A stretch of 64,000 nt of DNA from Coniocarpon cinnabarinum (taxonomy: Eukaryota). The stretch lies in assembly GCA_051942205.1 (NCBI GenBank), contig JAVECO010000071.1, forward strand, positions 1-64,000. The letters are read 5' to 3'. Positions 59,395 through 64,000 of this stretch are shown one piece after another; within the stretch, counting starts at the first letter, position 1; every line of letters starts with the position of its first letter. Made by a program: the position numbers and the translations under genes. Under the pieces are notes generated by a model. That model saw only the letters and a program-made list of their open reading frames with translations, was not told the DNA's origin and ran no database searches.

Positions 59395-62070
59395 ATGGTT
59401 CACATCTACACACGTTGGCAATCACCACGGGGAAACATTTCAAAGTATACTGTTGTTCTACTCTTGCTTACAAGTGCGTCGAAACATCACTGCTTGACTT
59501 TCCCTATCGAAGCTAGTACTAATCGTCTCAACGCAGACTTCTGGAGCCATGTTGTCGCCCAACAAGTCAACTCAACGAACTCAGAGCCGAGCACTGCTGT
59601 CTCTACCTCGTCGGCTGCAGATGCAGCCCAGTCGCCATCGTCACTGCCAGTAGCCAGCAAAGGACCCGGGCTGGCAGTTACGGCTCTAAGTGAGGAGAAC
59701 GAGCCTGTTGCACCCACCGTTCCAGCGTCATCTGCAAGCTCTACAAATGCCGCGACCACGCAAGCTTCGTCTGCTGCTATTGTGCCACTGGCGCCACATG
59801 GACCAGCTGGCGGCGCCATGACAGCAGTGAGTCAACAGAATGAAGCAGTCACGCCCACAATTGCTCCGCCACCCGTGACAACACAAAACCCACCGTCTCA
59901 AAATCCTCCGCCTGCTCCTGAGCCGACGTCAGCGCCACCAAGCAAACCACCAGGCATGGTTGTCACTGCTCTCAGTGAGCAATCTCAGGCTGTTGTACCT
60001 ACAGTCTCTCAACAAGCTGCAGCTCCGCCATCGAGTCAAGGTAAGATCCTGTGTTCGTGTGTGTTCCTTTGCAATGACAACACTGCTAATGTCTGCCAAT
60101 GTTTAGCTCCAGTGCAACCAGCCCCAGCTCCGTCGGCCCAGGGACCAAAACAGCCACCGGATTCCGTTGGCTCGGTGTTCACGACATCGCTTGCTCCGGT
60201 GAATTCGGCTCCAAGTGCGCCCCCTGATACGAAAGCGCCTGACCCACAAGCGGCTGTCGGAACTCCCAGAGTGCAACAGCCGACAGCAGTGGCTCCCGAG
60301 GCAGAACCTGTCAAGCCAACAGTGGCACCACAGCAACCACCTGGTGCGGGTACCGCTGATCCAGTGAATGCAGGGAATGGTGTCGCAGGCACCTCGTCGC
60401 CGTGGGATGTCCAATCCACGGCGGTTTCGCCTCAGGCAAGGCCAGTGAAACCAACTGTTGCTCCTGCAAATCCTCAGCCGGAAACAGGTGTCAGTACGGG
60501 TGGACCCATGCAGCCAGCGCCAGTCAGTGGTCAGCCAGCTGCTGGGGCTCCTGCTGCCGGTGCTCCTGCTGCCGGTGCTCCTGCTGCCGGTGCTCCTGCT
60601 GCCGGTGCTCCTGCTGCTGGGGCTCCTGCTGCCGGTGCTCCTGCTGCTGGGGCTCCTCCTGCTGGTGCTCCTCCTGCTGGTGCTCCTTCTGCTGGGGCTC
60701 CTCCTGCTGGTGCTCAGTCAGGCCAAACTGGCACTCAAGCGACTCCAGGTCAGCAACCAGCCACGGGTGCTTCAGCTGGGGCACAATCAGGCCAGACTGG
60801 GCCGCAAGGAAACCCTATTCAGCAACCAGCTACGGGCGCTCCGCCTGCAAACGCCCAGCCTGGCTCCTCGGAAGCAGCAGGAAGTGTTGGTCAACAACCT
60901 GCTCAAACGGCAAACAATCCATCGACCGGGGTTGGCGGTGCTACTACAGGCGCAGATAGATCTAGCAATCCCAATGCTAATGCTGCATCTCCTCAGACAG
61001 GGCAAGTCGGGGCGCCCAACAACAACGCTGGTTCCGCTTCGTCCTTGCCAGGCAATGTTGGAGGTTCCAGCACTCCTGACAAGTCGTCAGGTCCACAACA
61101 AGGTGCACTTGGTTTCATTGCCACCAATGCAGGTGATTCATCTGCTCCTGCTGGCTCTTCTCCAAACAGCGTCAACGTCGACGAGCCAAACACTCCTCAT
61201 ACCTTCCTCGGTATTTCCAATGCCAACACAAATTCCAACGCAGGGTCGACTGCGTCTTCTGCAACCTCCAAGCCATCATCACCTTATGACAGCAAATCTG
61301 GACAGTCTCTGGGTGCCGCTGGCGCCAATGATCTTGCAGACTCCAACGGCCCCGCTCCCAACTCCGCCAACGCAAAAATCGCTCCACCCGTGCCATTGGC
61401 TCTGGGTCCATCTCAGACCGCATCTATCGCGCCTGTCCAAGGCGGCATCCTCGTCGGCTCCCAAACGCTCACACCTGGAGCTGCGGTCACCTCAGCAGGC
61501 CACGTGATCTCGCTCTCGCCCTCAGGCCAGGTCCAAGTCGATGGGGCGTACGCTCAACAATCTGTTGGACCTTCTGGAGTGCTCTACAAGGCTGGCAGTG
61601 CTGTTGCGACTGCCGCTCCGTCACAAGGCACGGGCGCAAGCAACGGTAGCAAAGGAGGCATGCTCAGTGTCAGCGCTGCACCTGACGGTGGACTCGCATT
61701 GGGTTCGACAACGCTCTCAGCTGGCGGTGCGGCCGCGACCGTGAATGGACATATCATTTCGGCGGCTCCGTCGGGTGGTGTGGTCATTGACGGGAAGACT
61801 GCAGGCAGTGTGAGACCAAAGGCGACCTCAAGCTCAACATCTCACGAAACGAGCAAGTCGTCAGACGCCTCATCGAGCTTCACAGGCATGCCCAGCAGCT
61901 CGTTCACGGGTATGGTCAGCTCGACTAGATCGTCAACGACGCTGGCTTCGGCCACCAGGGCGGGCGCGAGTGCTGCCGAGACAGGGAAGCAGCAGGGCAG
62001 CGGTCAGCGCAGCAAGAGGATGAGTTGGAGTGCGGCTATGCTGGGTGTGGCAGTAATCATGGTCGTTTAA
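59395..62070 (+). CDS. Secreted, probably GPI-anchored P/A/S/Q-rich cell-wall mucin-like protein 2
   Basis: Hydrophobic N-terminal stretch YTVVLLLLT|NFWSHVVAQQ; introns 59474-59536 and 60041-60106; GSQTLTPGAAVTSAGHVISL and GSTTLSAGGAAATVNGHIISA repeats; C-terminus SKRMSWSAAMLGVAVIMVV*. Confidence 0.85.
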   Translation: MVHIYTRWQSPRGNISKYTVVLLLLTSASKHHCLTFPIEASTNRLNADFWSHVVAQQVNSTNSEPSTAVSTSSAADAAQSPSSLPVASKGPGLAVTALSEENEPVAPTVPASSASSTNAATTQASSAAIVPLAPHGPAGGAMTAVSQQNEAVTPTIAPPPVTTQNPPSQNPPPAPEPTSAPPSKPPGMVVTALSEQSQAVVPTVSQQAAAPPSSQGKILCSCVFLCNDNTANVCQCLAPVQPAPAPSAQGPKQPPDSVGSVFTTSLAPVNSAPSAPPDTKAPDPQAAVGTPRVQQPTAVAPEAEPVKPTVAPQQPPGAGTADPVNAGNGVAGTSSPWDVQSTAVSPQARPVKPTVAPANPQPETGVSTGGPMQPAPVSGQPAAGAPAAGAPAAGAPAAGAPAAGAPAAGAPAAGAPAAGAPPAGAPPAGAPSAGAPPAGAQSGQTGTQATPGQQPATGASAGAQSGQTGPQGNPIQQPATGAPPANAQPGSSEAAGSVGQQPAQTANNPSTGVGGATTGADRSSNPNANAASPQTGQVGAPNNNAGSASSLPGNVGGSSTPDKSSGPQQGALGFIATNAGDSSAPAGSSPNSVNVDEPNTPHTFLGISNANTNSNAGSTASSATSKPSSPYDSKSGQSLGAAGANDLADSNGPAPNSANAKIAPPVPLALGPSQTASIAPVQGGILVGSQTLTPGAAVTSAGHVISLSPSGQVQVDGAYAQQSVGPSGVLYKAGSAVATAAPSQGTGASNGSKGGMLSVSAAPDGGLALGSTTLSAGGAAATVNGHIISAAPSGGVVIDGKTAGSVRPKATSSSTSHETSKSSDASSSFTGMPSSSFTGMVSSTRSSTTLASATRAGASAAETGKQQGSGQRSKRMSWSAAMLGVAVIMVV
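60541..60720 (+). repeat. Coding minisatellite, 15 bp x12 (GCYGGKGCTCCTSCT, encoding AGAP[A/P/S])
   Basis: Twelve consecutive 15-nt units read directly from the sequence; the last unit degenerates to AGAQS. Confidence 0.97.
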
Positions 62071-62717
62071 GAGCTGGAGGGACTGAGCAATGTTTTGATG
62101 ATATCCACCGTTTTAATGAGTATATATGTGATTTCGACGAGACAATCACGCATTTCGATTCTCACGGATCGTCTTCAGAACACTGTGCAGTCGCTTACGA
62201 AGCACGCAGCTTCATTTTATCGCTTGCAGGGAACTTGTGTGCGTTGTCGGAGAGCAAGTACAAAGTCCTGGAGCAATTGACCTCAACTTTTTGGGAGCCG
62301 GAGATTGAGCGGAGACGGACTCCATGCGTGACCACCGCGAGCATTCTAGAGTTTTTGCTGACACCGTTCAGCTCTGTAGAAGCAGTGGCAAAAGCCTTCA
62401 TCGGCCTTCACGATAGCAATTATGTGAATGGGAAGACAAGACAACAAGTCAGGGCTAGGCAGCTGTGGCTCATCCCCGCAGATTTGACGCAGGGCTCTGT
62501 GGCGCAGCAGATGACGTCTAGCGGGGCATTGGGAGAAGGCGAGAGGGAGAGAGGGATGCCTGATGACAAGGTTGACATAGCAACAAATTCCACATCCTAG
62601 TTTCCACTGCCTCTTGTTGCATCCTTTACAAACTCCCTCAAATACTATCCACATTTTCTTTCGACCTCGGACTCACAAGCACTTGCAGTTGCTCACGATT
62701 GTAACCAACACGTCAAC

Positions 62718-63734
62718 ATGGCTGAAGCTACCACGGTTCACGTCAAGAACATCAGCTCCCATACATCCGAGGCTCAGGTCAAGGACTTCTTCAGCTTTTG
62801 TGGCAAGATCAGCAACCTCTCGATTTCTAAAGACGGTGACGCTCAATCTGCTGCCGTGACCTTTGAGAAACCTACCGCCGCGAAGACTGCCCTCCTCCTC
62901 GACAATACCCAATTGGGGCCGAACTTGGTGCACGTCTCGTCCGCTGCCAGTCTCGAGGAGCTCAGCTCTCCGAAATCTGCTGGTGGTCACGATGAGCATG
63001 CGCAAAGCGAGGATGTGCCGCAAGAGGACAAGCCTCGTGCACGCATCATTGCCGAGTACCTTGCTCATGGCTACACCTTCTCTGATCAAGCCATCCAGCG
63101 TGCTATCGACCTAGACAAGCAGCACGGCTATTCGTCTCGTTTCTCAACCGCGCTCTCGAGCTGGGACCAAAAGACCAAGGCTAGCGAGCGAGCAGCAGCG
63201 ATCGACCAGAAGTTCGGTGTCAGCAACAAGGCGGGCCAGGGATATCGCACGTTCAACAGCTACTTCGAGAAAGCGATGAATACACCCTCTGGACAAAAAG
63301 TCCGCGATTTCTACATGAACACCTCGAAGCAAGTTGTTGATGTCCACACTGAAGCGCGCAGACTGGCAGACATGAAGGCAGGCAAGAGTCCAACAGAACA
63401 ATCTGCTGCTGGAACCCCTGGCATGTCGGCCGCTGCTGGTGGAATGGCTGCGACCGGTGCAAATGCGCCAGCTAGCCACGGCGAGCTGGTGGAGAAGATG
63501 AACATGGAGCAAATTCCAGGGACTAGCAACACCAAGTGTACGTGTGCCGGGGAGTCGGGTACATGCCCGTGCGCGCCAGGTCAATGTCGATGTGCTGGAT
63601 GTGGCAAGGTAAGCATGGAACAAACGAAGGTATATGACCACATTCCCACGCTGACCCGTTTAAAACAGAACCCGGAAGAGCGCAAGGTGAGCGAAGCTGC
63701 CCAGCATACGACATCCGTGCCACCCACGCAGTAA
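62718..63734 (+). CDS. vip1: Vip1-like RRM protein with C-terminal Cys-rich motif
   Basis: TVHVKNIS...VKDFFSFCGKI...AVTFEKPTAAKTALLLDNTQLG, QEDKPRARIIAEYLAHGY, VRDFY...VVDVHTEARRLA. Intron 63609-63668. Confidence 0.9.
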   Translation: MAEATTVHVKNISSHTSEAQVKDFFSFCGKISNLSISKDGDAQSAAVTFEKPTAAKTALLLDNTQLGPNLVHVSSAASLEELSSPKSAGGHDEHAQSEDVPQEDKPRARIIAEYLAHGYTFSDQAIQRAIDLDKQHGYSSRFSTALSSWDQKTKASERAAAIDQKFGVSNKAGQGYRTFNSYFEKAMNTPSGQKVRDFYMNTSKQVVDVHTEARRLADMKAGKSPTEQSAAGTPGMSAAAGGMAATGANAPASHGELVEKMNMEQIPGTSNTKCTCAGESGTCPCAPGQCRCAGCGKVSMEQTKVYDHIPTLTRLKQNPEERKVSEAAQHTTSVPPTQ

Positions 63735-64000
63735 GCTGAAGGTGATGGTTTATGACCGTGGTTACCACGTCTTGAGGATGCAAGGGTGAAACCTTAGACG
63801 CTCTCGTAAGAGCTTACGTAGTCGATGTTTGAAAATGGATAGCACGGCGCGCGGTGGTTCATATCAGCATGATCATGATCAATGCCAAACTTTTCTCAAG
63901 AATTTCTCGATGTCTCAAGCGTGCAACGTCTCACAATTCAACCCTTGCTTTAGTAATGTCTCGAAACCTTTGGATCTCTCGTCTAAATTCTTCAAACAAT

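Noticed and set aside
60402..61507. Cys-rich (CSCCR), poly-Leu and QQEHR ORFs in the ORF track
   Set aside because: They are shadow frames of the AGAPA minisatellite inside mucin 2.

Overview
Eukaryotic, intron-rich, gene-dense DNA from a filamentous ascomycete (Pezizomycotina). Introns are short GT-AG with CTRAC/CTRAY branch sites. I can support 25 protein-coding genes, several rebuilt by hand because introns break them up in the ORF track. Most are ordinary housekeeping, transport or regulatory genes: a PNPOx-family protein, RCC1/Pim1, a putative cyclase, DUF2458, a TRP/Yvc1-like channel, three MFS transporters, AP-2 alpha adaptin, bZIP and Zn2Cys6 factors, GH92, PLPBP, Pam16, GCIP, Hri1, an A1 protease-like protein, two GPI mucins and Vip1. 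The notable part is an accessory-looking island of about 6-7 kb (about 35.1-41.9 kb) between the GCIP and DHA2-MFS genes. It holds a MITE-like inverted-repeat element, a zinc-finger gene with a young 15-bp tandem repeat, and a head-to-head pair of Pol-beta-type nucleotidyltransferase-fold genes. One has an intact AbiEii/MenT-like catalytic signature split by an intron; the other has the same spacing but lacks the catalytic residues. This pair is a candidate fungal toxin/antidote module, which is an inference only. Other points of interest are a roughly 16-aa repeat shared by the two tandem GPI proteins and a metallothionein-like tail on Vip1. I found no tRNA, rRNA or CRISPR features. All family calls come from motif recognition by eye, not from database searches.
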